DNA from: an uncultured cyanobacterium
GTDB lineage: Bacteria; Cyanobacteriota; Cyanobacteriia; Cyanobacteriales; Cyanobacteriaceae
Length of the DNA: 64,000 bases
Assembly (NCBI GenBank): GCA_963749915.1
Contig: CAVVOP010000022.1
Coordinates: 128,001-192,000, forward strand
Reading direction: 5' to 3'
Of this stretch, positions 31,624 through 40,222 are shown piece after piece (positions within the stretch are counted from its first letter, which is position 1; each line of letters starts with the position of its first letter). The notes under the pieces are model-generated. The model ran no database searches. It was not told the DNA's origin and saw nothing but the letters and a program-made list of their open reading frames with translations. The translations under genes were made by a program, and so were the position numbers.

Positions 31624-31758
31624 CTGCCCTTCGGGCGAGGCAGAAGGCAGTCTCCATGAAAAAAAATTTTCACCATCAGAGATGAAAGTTGGCACTTTCA
31701 AGTCAGAGGGCATCCGCGCAGGAGGGAAAATTTTTAGACCACGAAAAAAGCCTTTTTG
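31621..31758. repeat. Dispersed repeat, long copy
   Basis: Shares both ends with 3887-3946 and has ~78 bp of extra internal sequence. Confidence 0.75.
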
Positions 31759-31958
31759 AACAGATGGCAAACTGCTTGCAGAGTGTGCTTGCGCTCCCGC
31801 CATGACTCATTGAAAATATTAAATTGATTTTTTGGCTCTCGATTTTTTGATCGTACTATCTTTTTACTCTCTTTTCTTCGTAAAATTGCCAAGTCGTGAG
31901 GTTATTGTTTTTTCCTAAAATTCGATGACCTCGGTAATTACGATATTTCTCTTATCAA

Positions 31959-32525
31959 TTAGTAATCCAAAGTTATACTTAATTTAGGTAATACATCCTC
32001 TCCTGACAAATTAATAGGCATATTAACAACTTCTACCTCTTTATTTTGACGGTAAATTTCTACTTGTTTTTCTTGAGGATTAATCAACCAGCCCAGTCTT
32101 AAACCTGAATCTAAATATTCAAGCATTTTTTCTTGTAATGGTTTTAATCTGTCGCTTTTTGACCTTAATTCAATCACAAAATCAGGACAAATAGGCGGAA
32201 ATCCTTCCTTTTCTTCTGAGGTTAATTTTTCCCATTTTTCTAAAGATACCCATGCCACATCAGGAGAGCGATCTCCACCATTCGGTAAACTGAAAATAGT
32301 TGATGAGCTAAAAACTGCACCTAATTTAGTTTCTTCATTCCACAAACTAATTTGAAAATTTAAACGAGACTCTTTTCTACCACTTTCACCACCGACTGGT
32401 GACATAATTATTAATTCTCCTTGAGGATTTCTCTCTAATTGTAATTCGGGATTGTTGAGACAAAGTTGATAGAATTGTTCTCTCCTTAGAGAGGTAATAG
32501 ACTCAAGATTTAAAACTGTAGTCAT
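31959..32525 (-). CDS. Uma2 (DUF820) family endonuclease-like protein
   Basis: GELIIMSP, SPDVAWV, CPDFVIELRS, GLRLGWLINP. Confidence 0.92.
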   Translation of the reverse strand: MTTVLNLESITSLRREQFYQLCLNNPELQLERNPQGELIIMSPVGGESGRKESRLNFQISLWNEETKLGAVFSSSTIFSLPNGGDRSPDVAWVSLEKWEKLTSEEKEGFPPICPDFVIELRSKSDRLKPLQEKMLEYLDSGLRLGWLINPQEKQVEIYRQNKEVEVVNMPINLSGEDVLPKLSITLDY

Positions 32526-32610
32526 GGACTTAATTTAGTTCCTCTAGTTGTCAATTAATTGTAACAACTCCCATAGCCTCTTACTAACTTGAAAATAGAT
32601 TTTCATGTTA

Positions 32611-32697
32611 ATGAGAAGTGTGGGGAGTGTGGGGAGTGTGGGAAGTATGGGATTTTTCTTCCCCATCTTCCCCATCTTCCCCCTCTTCCCTATCCTT
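32611..32697. repeat. Dispersed 9-mer tandem element, copy 2
   Basis: ATGAGAAGTGTGGGGAGTGTGGGGAGTGTGGGAAGTATGGGATTTTTCTTCCCCATC..., as at 17047. Confidence 0.85.
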
Positions 32698-33104
32698 GTC
32701 ACAACACATAATTATTCAAATCCCTCGCAGTATTGATTGGGGGTGTTAGGTTCTATAGAAGCACAACTGAAAACTCAAACTGAAGCGAAGGAGAATCCAG
32801 CCGTGGACTTGAGCTTAGAAGCAGCCCGTCAAATAGAACATCAGGATTAGGACAGAGCAAAAAGTTTTTTCCGTTGCCATAATTTAATCAAATGACGGTT
32901 AGCGTTATTATAACGCGAATCAATTCCCTTTTTTAGTATAGCAATGGCCAATATTATTAGGCGATCCGCGAGCGGATCTGGCGAAGCCAGTGCGCCCTCT
33001 TTGTAAAACCAAGAGCAATTAAGGATTTATACTCAAGTCAACTTCAATTTCCTAATTACTGAATCGGTGTTCTAGTTCCCTGGTCTTTCCCCGAAATCTA
33101 AACC

Positions 33105-33890
33105 CTAATTACCATCGGGACTAGCTTCAATTTGATTCGTTAAAGTTCCAATACTTTCAATTTCAACATTCACCGTATCCCCTACGGTCAAGGGTTCAAC
33201 ACCTTCGGGAGTACCTGTTAAAATGACGTCCCCCGGTAATAATGTCATAATCTGGGAAATATAAGCCACTAATTGTTCAGGAGAAAATACCATATTTGAT
33301 AATAGTGTGGATTGTTTTGGTGGTTGTTCTTCATTGACAATCGTCGTTAATCTCGCCCCTGAAGTCAGTTCTCTCACGATCCAAGGACCCAATGGGCAAA
33401 AAGTATCAAATCCCTTCGACCTGGTCCACTGACCATCTTTGTTTTGTAAATCTCTGGCGGTTACGTCATTAGCGATCGTATAACCCCAAATTTTATTTTT
33501 TGCTCCCTCTACAGTACAATTTTTTGTGCGATCGCCTATTACTAGGGCTAATTCTCCCTCAAAATCAACCCTTTGAGACTGTTTTGGATAGATAATTTTT
33601 TGTTTGTGAGCAATAACTGCTGAAGAAGGCTTCAGGAAAATCAAAGGCTCTTTTGGCACATCTCCTCCCATTTCCGCCGCATGAGCCACATAATTCTTTC
33701 CTACCGCTACAATCTTAGAAGGTGCACAAGGTGCTAATAAATGATATTCAGATTCCCTTAAAATCTGATCCGTCACCTTACCCTTTAACCAAGGGGGTGC
33801 ATCTAAAACTTCGACTGTGCCATTGAGCTGTAATTTACCATAGTAGATTTGACCACTGGTAGTTCTTACCCTCACATAACGTTGTGCCAT
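33105..33890 (-). CDS. Fumarylacetoacetate hydrolase family protein
   Basis: VGKNYVAH, EGELALVIG, GYTIANDVTARDLQ, KGFDTFCPLGP, LTGTPEGV. Confidence 0.92.
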   Translation of the reverse strand: MAQRYVRVRTTSGQIYYGKLQLNGTVEVLDAPPWLKGKVTDQILRESEYHLLAPCAPSKIVAVGKNYVAHAAEMGGDVPKEPLIFLKPSSAVIAHKQKIIYPKQSQRVDFEGELALVIGDRTKNCTVEGAKNKIWGYTIANDVTARDLQNKDGQWTRSKGFDTFCPLGPWIVRELTSGARLTTIVNEEQPPKQSTLLSNMVFSPEQLVAYISQIMTLLPGDVILTGTPEGVEPLTVGDTVNVEIESIGTLTNQIEASPDGN

Positions 33891-34078
33891 AATAACAAAT
33901 TTTGAATTTGAGATTGATTATAAAAAATTTTGCAATAATTTCTTTTTCTGTTATAAATATATAAGCAATATTGCTAAAAAGTATCAATCAATTTGTTTCT
34001 GAAGATACCGTAAAGCATAAAAAACCTTGCTTCTCAGGTTGTGGGAAGCCATTTTAGTCCAAAAGGAAAAAAATACAG

Positions 34079-34564
34079 ATGTCCAATACTTACGAAATGA
34101 TGTTTATTTTGCGTCCTGATTTAACTCATGATCAAGTAAACAAACAATTACACAAATATCGTGACTTACTTAAACAAAATGGAGCAGAAAAAGTCTCTAT
34201 TGAAATTTGGGGTAAACGTCGTTTAGCATATCAAATTCTGAAATTTCAAGACGGTATCTACGTTTTAACTCATTACACCGGAGACGGTAGTCAAGTAGCC
34301 ATCATCGAAAGGGATATGCGCTTAAGTGAAACCGTAATTCGCTATCTCACAATGAAAGTAGATAAAAATTTTGAATTTGAAGAAAAAGATATTCCTGAAT
34401 TGCAAGCAATACCTGTAACTACTCCTGTGGGAGCACCTATTCCACAAGCAGAAGCGAAAGTTGAAATCAAAACCGAAGCCCCAATGGTAGAAGAATCGAC
34501 TCCTAAAGATGATCTCCCAGGGGAAGAAGTCCAAACAAAAGAAATCATAGAGCTGGAAGCCTAA
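34079..34564 (+). CDS. rpsF: 30S ribosomal protein S6 with acidic C-terminal extension
   Basis: YEMMFILRPDL, WGKRRLAYQI, ERDMRLSETVIRYL. Confidence 0.95.
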   Translation: MSNTYEMMFILRPDLTHDQVNKQLHKYRDLLKQNGAEKVSIEIWGKRRLAYQILKFQDGIYVLTHYTGDGSQVAIIERDMRLSETVIRYLTMKVDKNFEFEEKDIPELQAIPVTTPVGAPIPQAEAKVEIKTEAPMVEESTPKDDLPGEEVQTKEIIELEA

Positions 34565-34592
34565 ATTCCCTGTTGATGGAGGATAAAATAGC

Positions 34593-34949
34593 TTGATCAA
34601 AAAAGGTGAGGGTTGGCGGGTTGGATGGCAAGAAAAAGTAAAGACTTATCAAGGCTTAATCGGTGCTGAACATTGGGCGATGGAATTAACGGCGGCTGAA
34701 ATGGTTGATTTTCGTCGTCTTTTCTCACAAATTCATCAAGGAATGATGGACGTCAGTAAACACCTCATGGAAGGAGAAATTATCCTCTGTGAGGCGGAAA
34801 GTGATTTGATGTGGCTGGGTGCGGAAGGATACCCCCATAACTATTCTCTCCGCATTATTCTTCATCATCATCGAGGCTGTGAAGGTACTTGGTCAGGAAA
34901 TGTAACTCAAGATCTGATTCAAGCTATTCAATCTTTAGAACTTTTTTAA
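34593..34949 (+). CDS. DUF1818-like cyanobacterial protein
   Basis: GEGWRVGW, GLIG.EHWAMELT..E, LWL..EG. Confidence 0.7.
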   Translation: MIKKGEGWRVGWQEKVKTYQGLIGAEHWAMELTAAEMVDFRRLFSQIHQGMMDVSKHLMEGEIILCEAESDLMWLGAEGYPHNYSLRIILHHHRGCEGTWSGNVTQDLIQAIQSLELF

Positions 34950-34950
34950 C

Positions 34951-34979
34951 TTGACAAGGATAAAGATTATTGTTACAAT
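34951..34979 (+). promoter_or_regulatory. Sigma70-type promoter of tRNA-Pro
   Basis: TTGACA-N17-TACAAT. Confidence 0.75.
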
Positions 34980-34996
34980 GGGGAGTCATTGGTAAA

Positions 34997-35070
34997 CGGG
35001 GCGTAGCGCAGCTTGGTAGCGCACCACTTTGGGGTAGTGGGGGTCGTGGGTTCAAATCCCGCCGCTCCGA
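34997..35070 (+). tRNA. tRNA-Pro(GGG), the CAST homing target
   Basis: Cloverleaf CGGGGCG...CGCTCCGA; anticodon arm CCACT-TT-GGG-GT-AGTGG; T-loop GTTCAAATC. Confidence 0.97.
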
Positions 35071-35079
35071 TTTATGTTT

Positions 35080-35150
35080 TGTACATTCAATAATTAATTG
35101 TCGTTGTTCACACATTATTGTCGCTGTTTAACAAAATAATTTCGTTAAGT
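35080..35150 (+). mobile_element. CAST left end (tRNA-proximal)
   Basis: TGTACATTCAATAATTAATTGTCG-TTGTTCACACATTATTGTCG-CTGTTTAACAAAATAATTTCG: TGTACA terminus plus tandem TnsB sites. Confidence 0.9.
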
Positions 35151-35256
35151 AATTTTTTTGTTGAACTTAGCATGTTCTTTATATTACGTCACATAGAAAT
35201 TCTGCAATACCTTGTTTGTTCGCAGGATTTCATAACTGTGTTAAAAGAGGATACAA

Positions 35257-35293
35257 ACCCCAAAGTCGTGCGCCTTTCAATCTTACTCACACT
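35257..35293 (-). CRISPR. Delocalized homing crRNA: variant partial repeat plus 17-nt spacer against tRNA-Pro
   Basis: Minus strand AGTGTGAGTAAGATTGAAAG + GCGCACGACTTTGGGGT; 16/17 match to tRNA 35019-35035, which is preceded by a GTA PAM. Confidence 0.92.
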
Positions 35294-35400
35294 TTAAATC
35301 ATATCATTTTCTGAAGATAGATGTGAAATAAAATATGTCTATTCCCAATTTTCCTTTTTTCCACAAGCTACTTTTCTCGCTTTCAATACTCTATCCATAT

Positions 35401-35728
35401 CTATCAATCTACACAAAATACGAACAAGAATGTAAGAACACATACAGTTATTGTTTTATGCTTGAAGCATCCCCTCTCAATCTACAAAACACTAATTAGA
35501 GCATTTAAACCTTATTGGAGCAATTAGAAACAAGTATTCTGAACACTTTCAATCTACCAAACACTAATCAGAGTATTGAAACGAAAAGGTATCTGAATTT
35601 ATTTATCGAAGGGTCGCTCTTTCAATCTACCAAACACTAATCAGAGTATTGAAACCAAATAAAGATTTAGTTAAAAAAGCGGTAGAAAAAACTTTCAATC
35701 TACCAAACACTAATCAGAGTATTGAAAC
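35401..35728 (-). CRISPR. Type V-K CRISPR array: 3 perfect and 2 degenerate 37-bp repeats, 35-36 bp spacers
   Basis: Repeat (minus) GTTTCAATACTCTGATTAGTGTTTGGTAGATTGAAAG at 35692-35728, 35619-35655 and 35546-35582; degenerate copies at 35474-35510 and ~35401, keeping the 72-73 bp period. Confidence 0.95.
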
Positions 35729-35919
35729 TTTACACGCTCAAAGCAACTCACTGAAGGCTTCTCTAACTCAATTTTGACGAACCTATTAAAATTCGGGACA
35801 AAATCAACTTGATTGACCTAAGTTTTTTTAAGTAACACTAAAATAAGTGCCACTCTGTATGATTTTGGCGTTTTTGACGAACCTCCTAGGGAATTTAACC
35901 TCGCTATAGGTTGGTCAAA

Positions 35920-36250
35920 ATTAGTGTGAAGTAAGATTCCTTCGGTGAAGAAGGTGATTCAGTAACCATCTCTGTAGTCATCCACATCCTCATTAGAGGA
36001 CTAAGCTCAGAAATAACCTTATTCTTTGCTTTACTTCTTATTGCTGGGAGCGTACCTAACCGATAGAATATAGATAGCATTATCATTTTCTGTCAATATT
36101 TCCTTTCTCTGAGCAAGGTTCAGAGATCGCAGCCTCAGAAGTGGACAGTTACTAGGGTCAGAAAGAATAACTATTGCTTAATAGTCAAACTAACCCACTT
36201 TTTTCACAGTGCAGAGGTTTTGTCTAAACATGGACTGCGACGCTAACTCT
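35920..36250 (-). ncRNA. Cas12k tracrRNA (~320-330 nt)
   Basis: Minus-strand blocks recalled from V-K tracrRNAs: TAGCGTCGCAGTCCATG, GGGTTAGTTTGACT, CTTTCTGACCCTAGTAACTG, TAGGTACGCTCCCAGCAATAAG, TACTGAATCACC; 3' anti-repeat AATCTTACTTCACACTAAT. Confidence 0.88.
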
Positions 36251-36251
36251 T

Positions 36252-36281
36252 ATGTTAATAGTTATGTACTGATTTTGTCAA
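36252..36281 (-). promoter_or_regulatory. Putative tracrRNA promoter
   Basis: TTGACA-N18-TAACAT immediately after the cas12k stop. Confidence 0.65.
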
Positions 36282-36296
36282 GGTACTCGGAAAAAT

Positions 36297-38186
36297 TTAG
36301 GCAGATTTTTCCAAGCGACAATTATAACTATTGAGTGCTGTGGTTTTGGCTTTTTCTTGAGGTGTTCCCGATTTAGGTTGGCTGCCAAACTCGATTGCGA
36401 TTCCTTCTTGAGAAGCTAACTGACTAATATATTCGGTTAGTCGGCTATAACTCCACTGGTGTATGTTTTTGCGGTATTCTTTGGCATATTTTTTCTGTGC
36501 TTTCTTGTAACCCATGATTTTAGTTTCTGCTTTGGCTTGAACTTCGCTCAGGATACTTTCTTTGATGTTAGTTAACTTTGGTAAAACAATACTTTGTGCT
36601 TGATAAAATTTAGCCGTTTGTACGATCGCCCTAGCGATTAATCGATCGATGTATTCTCCAAGGTTAGACTCCCCTTTGTTGCTGAATTTGTCTTGTTTTT
36701 GGGGGTGATGTCTTTGCTTAGAAAGTTTGATTTTTTGTTGCCGTTGACGATTGAGAAGTGAATAGTTGTCGCCTAAAAGTTGCTTGATACTTCGATAGAC
36801 GATCGCATCTTGAGTTATTACATTGACAACAGCTACAGTAGCAGGTTTTTGTAATCCAAAACTGACTCCCAGAATAATATTTGGATTTCCCTGATAAACT
36901 TTTTTGTGTGGGCGTGGATAAGAGGTATTAATTCTAGCTAAACTAGATTCTTTTCGTTTTTGATCTGCTAACTGATTGGGAGTAAGTTCTGATTTTTCTT
37001 GATGTTTATCGATTTTTTCTTTTGTCTTTTGGCTTTTTTCTTGTGCTATTTGGTTTGTGCCTTCGGCAGTCCAAAAACGGGTATCAATGGAACATTGTAA
37101 ATATAGTTTGTGAACTTCCCAAGGATTTCCCTTTCCTTGTTCTTCACGCCATAATATTCTGGCAGAACGAAGAGTAAATAAAGCACTACTATATTTACTG
37201 GAATCTTGTTTATAAGTTTGTTGATCTTCCCAAAAACGTTGAAACCAATGAAGCTGACGACGATCGCATCTTAGTTCAAATTGATGTTTACTTAGACCAT
37301 TGAATTTGACTAATAAATGTCCTCGTTGATCTTGTATCCAAGTTAAATCGATATTAGTTTCATAGGCGATAGGATAGGGAATAACTGGAGATTTTTTCAA
37401 AAGACGACTTTGCCACTCAGATGCTTCTTCTTCTGTTTCGGGAACTTTGTCAGATGTGATCGTCAAGGTTTCTAACCATTTGTCTTGGGTTAAATCTCTG
37501 CCTTGGGGAAGTCTATTTTCCAGTTGTTGTTGATGTCTTTCGATTTCAATTTCCTTTTTTCTACGATATTGTTGGAATTGCTTTATGTCTTCAATTTCAT
37601 CGGGTATTTGACATTGATTTTTAAGTAGGTAGGCAATGGCACATCGATCAAGAATGTCTGTTCGTAACTCGTATTCATTCATAAAATGTTGGAACAAATC
37701 ATTGTCTTTTTTTTGTTTCTTCTTTTTTCCTTGTTTGTCTGACTTTAGGTTATTTTGAGCTTCTTTGAGTATTTTGTGGGCTTGATCGACAATTTTTTCA
37801 ATATTACTCCCTGATATTGCTTCTAACTCAGCATCACTTTTGAGAATATTAAGCCATCTCTGTTTACCTTCTATTTTTCTTTGTAGTCTAGCTTGAACGG
37901 CAAACCATGATTTGTATATGTAATGGGTAAGAGCGATCGCACTGGTAAAAAAACGTCCTGGTTGATTTTGATACTGGGGTAAATCCCTTAAAGGTTGGCA
38001 TATATCCTTAATTGGTTTTTGAGATATTTTTTTTGTCTTGAACCATTCTTCAAATTCTTCATGATGAGAGACTCTATAGAGTAATTCGTTAACAAGGGGG
38101 GTATTTTTTTCGCTCATCAGTTTCCAAAGATAACGCAGTGAGTCTGACGGAGCATATAAGCGACATTCAATAGTTTTCTGGCTCAT
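36297..38186 (-). CDS. cas12k: Type V-K effector Cas12k (nuclease-dead RuvC); likely start MSQKTIECRL
   Basis: TIECRL..LWKLM.EKNTPLVNEL, YIYKSW, RRQLHWFQRFWED, YSSALFTLRS, LGVSFGLQKPAT, SIVLPKL, HQWSYSRL; context with array and tns genes. Confidence 0.96.
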   Translation of the reverse strand: MSQKTIECRLYAPSDSLRYLWKLMSEKNTPLVNELLYRVSHHEEFEEWFKTKKISQKPIKDICQPLRDLPQYQNQPGRFFTSAIALTHYIYKSWFAVQARLQRKIEGKQRWLNILKSDAELEAISGSNIEKIVDQAHKILKEAQNNLKSDKQGKKKKQKKDNDLFQHFMNEYELRTDILDRCAIAYLLKNQCQIPDEIEDIKQFQQYRRKKEIEIERHQQQLENRLPQGRDLTQDKWLETLTITSDKVPETEEEASEWQSRLLKKSPVIPYPIAYETNIDLTWIQDQRGHLLVKFNGLSKHQFELRCDRRQLHWFQRFWEDQQTYKQDSSKYSSALFTLRSARILWREEQGKGNPWEVHKLYLQCSIDTRFWTAEGTNQIAQEKSQKTKEKIDKHQEKSELTPNQLADQKRKESSLARINTSYPRPHKKVYQGNPNIILGVSFGLQKPATVAVVNVITQDAIVYRSIKQLLGDNYSLLNRQRQQKIKLSKQRHHPQKQDKFSNKGESNLGEYIDRLIARAIVQTAKFYQAQSIVLPKLTNIKESILSEVQAKAETKIMGYKKAQKKYAKEYRKNIHQWSYSRLTEYISQLASQEGIAIEFGSQPKSGTPQEKAKTTALNSYNCRLEKSA

Positions 38187-38327
38187 AATTTTTATCCTCA
38201 ACAAGAGACTAAATCTAATATAGCATGACCAAAGATGTTAATTAGTGGCTAATAAGTGGCAATAACTAGAATCAGATCTTTTCGTTATAGGATCGATAAA
38301 GTATAAAGAAAAACTAATGAGAGAGTA

Positions 38328-38495
38328 ATGACAAAGAGAGTGTATTTAACACTAGCGGATAAGGTTTATGATGCGTTGGAAAGGTGGGCAAATGATCAGG
38401 GGCGCCCCGTTGCCAATTTAGCCGCCTATTTGGTGGAAAGGGCGATCGAAGATGCTGAAAATGAGGGGAAAATACCTCCCTTGACTAAAAAATAA
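38328..38495 (+). CDS. 55-aa ribbon-helix-helix (CopG/Arc-like) repressor, divergent from cas12k (absent from ORF track)
   Basis: MTKRVYLTLADKVYDALERWANDQGRPVANLAAYLVERAIEDAENEGKIPPLTKK*; occupies the usual CAST regulator position. Confidence 0.85.
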   Translation: MTKRVYLTLADKVYDALERWANDQGRPVANLAAYLVERAIEDAENEGKIPPLTKK

Positions 38496-38589
38496 GGAAA
38501 TTTTTGTTTTCAGATGGGAAAAATGCTTTGTATCTTTGGTAAAATTCTATTTCTACGGTTGTTAGGCACAAACATAAAAAGTCTTTAAA

Positions 38590-40182
38590 ATGGCAAAAAA
38601 CAAAGAAAATAATAACAATACAACTGACAATAAAAGTTTAGAAAGTTGGATTTGGGATGCGGCTTGTAGCATTCGAGGGGTTCAGGAAGCGTCTAAGTAT
38701 AAAGATTTTATATTACCTTTAATTTTTACGAAACGTCTTTGTGATGTTTTTGATGATGAGTTAAATCGTATTGCTAAGAAGATTAAAACTCGTGCTAAAG
38801 CCTTTGAGTTTGTTGAAAATGATCATGAGTTAGTCAGATTTTATTTACCTCTGAAACCGAAAAATCCTGATGATGATGTTTGGAAAGTGATAAGAACTTT
38901 AAGCGATGCCAACACAGAAAAGAGCGATTCTTCTGTAAGCTACGGTGAAAGGGTGACTAATTATTTAAGAGATATTGCCAAAGAGAATCCATTATTAAAG
39001 GGAATTTTAGATAGAGTTGATTTTAATGCGACAACTCACGGCGAAAGGGATTTAGATGACGATCGCCTGTCAAATTTGATTGAGAAAATTTCTGAGAAAA
39101 GATTAGGGTTAAATGATGTTGAACCTGATATTATCGGACGTAGCTATGAGTATTTAATTCGCAAGTTTGCTGAAAGTGGTGGGCAGTCGGCAGGGGAGTT
39201 TTATACGCCGATGGAAGTGGGGATGATAATGGCGAAAATTATGCAACCTAAGCCAAGTATGGAAATTTATGATCCTTGTTGTGGTTCGGCAGGTTTATTA
39301 ATTAAGTGTCAATTGGTTTTACAGGAAGAACAGGGAGATAATCAATACGCACCATTGCAGTTATATGGACAGGAATATACTGCTAATACTTGGGCAATGG
39401 CGAATATGAATATGATTATTCATGATATGGAGGGAAAAATTGAAATAGGTGATTCTTTTAAAAATCCCAAGTTTAAGTATAAAGGGAAGTTGAGACAATT
39501 TGATCTAGTTGTGGCTAATCCGATGTGGAATCAAAACTGGTTCACTGAAAAGGATTATGATAACGATGAATGGGGGCGTTTTCCAAAGGGGGCAGGTTTC
39601 CCCGGTTCAAAAGCTGATTGGGGTTGGGTTCAACATATTAATGCTTCTTTGAAAGATGATGGTAAAGCGGCGATCGTTCTTGATACGGGGGCGGTTTCGA
39701 GGGGTTCTGGGAATGCTAACAGGGATAAGGAAAAGGATGTGAGAAAGTGGTTTATTGAACAAGATTTAATTGAAGGGGTGATTTATTTGCCTGAAAATCT
39801 TTTTTATAACACTTCTGCACCGGGTATCATTTTAATCTTAAATAAGGCTAAATCCGCAGAAAAAAAAGATAAGTTATTTTTTATTAATGCCAGTTTAGAG
39901 TTTGCTAAGGGCGATCCGAAAAACTATATTCCTGATGAGGGTATTAATCGCATTGCTGAGACTTTTTTAAGTTGGCAAGAAATCGATAAGTTTAGTTGTA
40001 TTGTTGATAAGGCTAAAATTGTTGAGAATGATTATAATATCTCTCCTTCTCGTTATATTCATGTAGCTGAGGCTGAAGAATTTAGACCAATTAGTGAGAT
40101 TTTGCTAGAGTTGGATGAGTTGGAGAAGGAAGCAGAAACAACAAATAAGAATTTAATGCAGGTTTTAAGTAAGTTTAGGTAA
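38590..40182 (+). CDS. hsdM: Type I R-M methyltransferase subunit (cargo)
   Basis: GEFYTP, YDPCCGSAGLL, ANPMW (variant of NPPF/W), ENLFYNT. Confidence 0.93.
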   Translation: MAKNKENNNNTTDNKSLESWIWDAACSIRGVQEASKYKDFILPLIFTKRLCDVFDDELNRIAKKIKTRAKAFEFVENDHELVRFYLPLKPKNPDDDVWKVIRTLSDANTEKSDSSVSYGERVTNYLRDIAKENPLLKGILDRVDFNATTHGERDLDDDRLSNLIEKISEKRLGLNDVEPDIIGRSYEYLIRKFAESGGQSAGEFYTPMEVGMIMAKIMQPKPSMEIYDPCCGSAGLLIKCQLVLQEEQGDNQYAPLQLYGQEYTANTWAMANMNMIIHDMEGKIEIGDSFKNPKFKYKGKLRQFDLVVANPMWNQNWFTEKDYDNDEWGRFPKGAGFPGSKADWGWVQHINASLKDDGKAAIVLDTGAVSRGSGNANRDKEKDVRKWFIEQDLIEGVIYLPENLFYNTSAPGIILILNKAKSAEKKDKLFFINASLEFAKGDPKNYIPDEGINRIAETFLSWQEIDKFSCIVDKAKIVENDYNISPSRYIHVAEAEEFRPISEILLELDELEKEAETTNKNLMQVLSKFR

Positions 40183-40222
40183 TTTTCATTAGGCAACAAA
40201 TAGACAATTAAAGAAAATTTAT

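Noticed and set aside
32720..33000. Possible coding remnant and GC-rich mini-hairpins
   Set aside because: Too short to assign to any family from sequence alone.
34924..36086. Short ORFs 34924-35115 and 35904-36086
   Set aside because: They overlap the tRNA/left end and the tracrRNA respectively.
36297..38204. Cas12k ORF as a TnpB or active Cas12 nuclease
   Set aside because: RuvC acidic residues are substituted (GVSFG, IVLP) and the context is a Tn7-like CAST.
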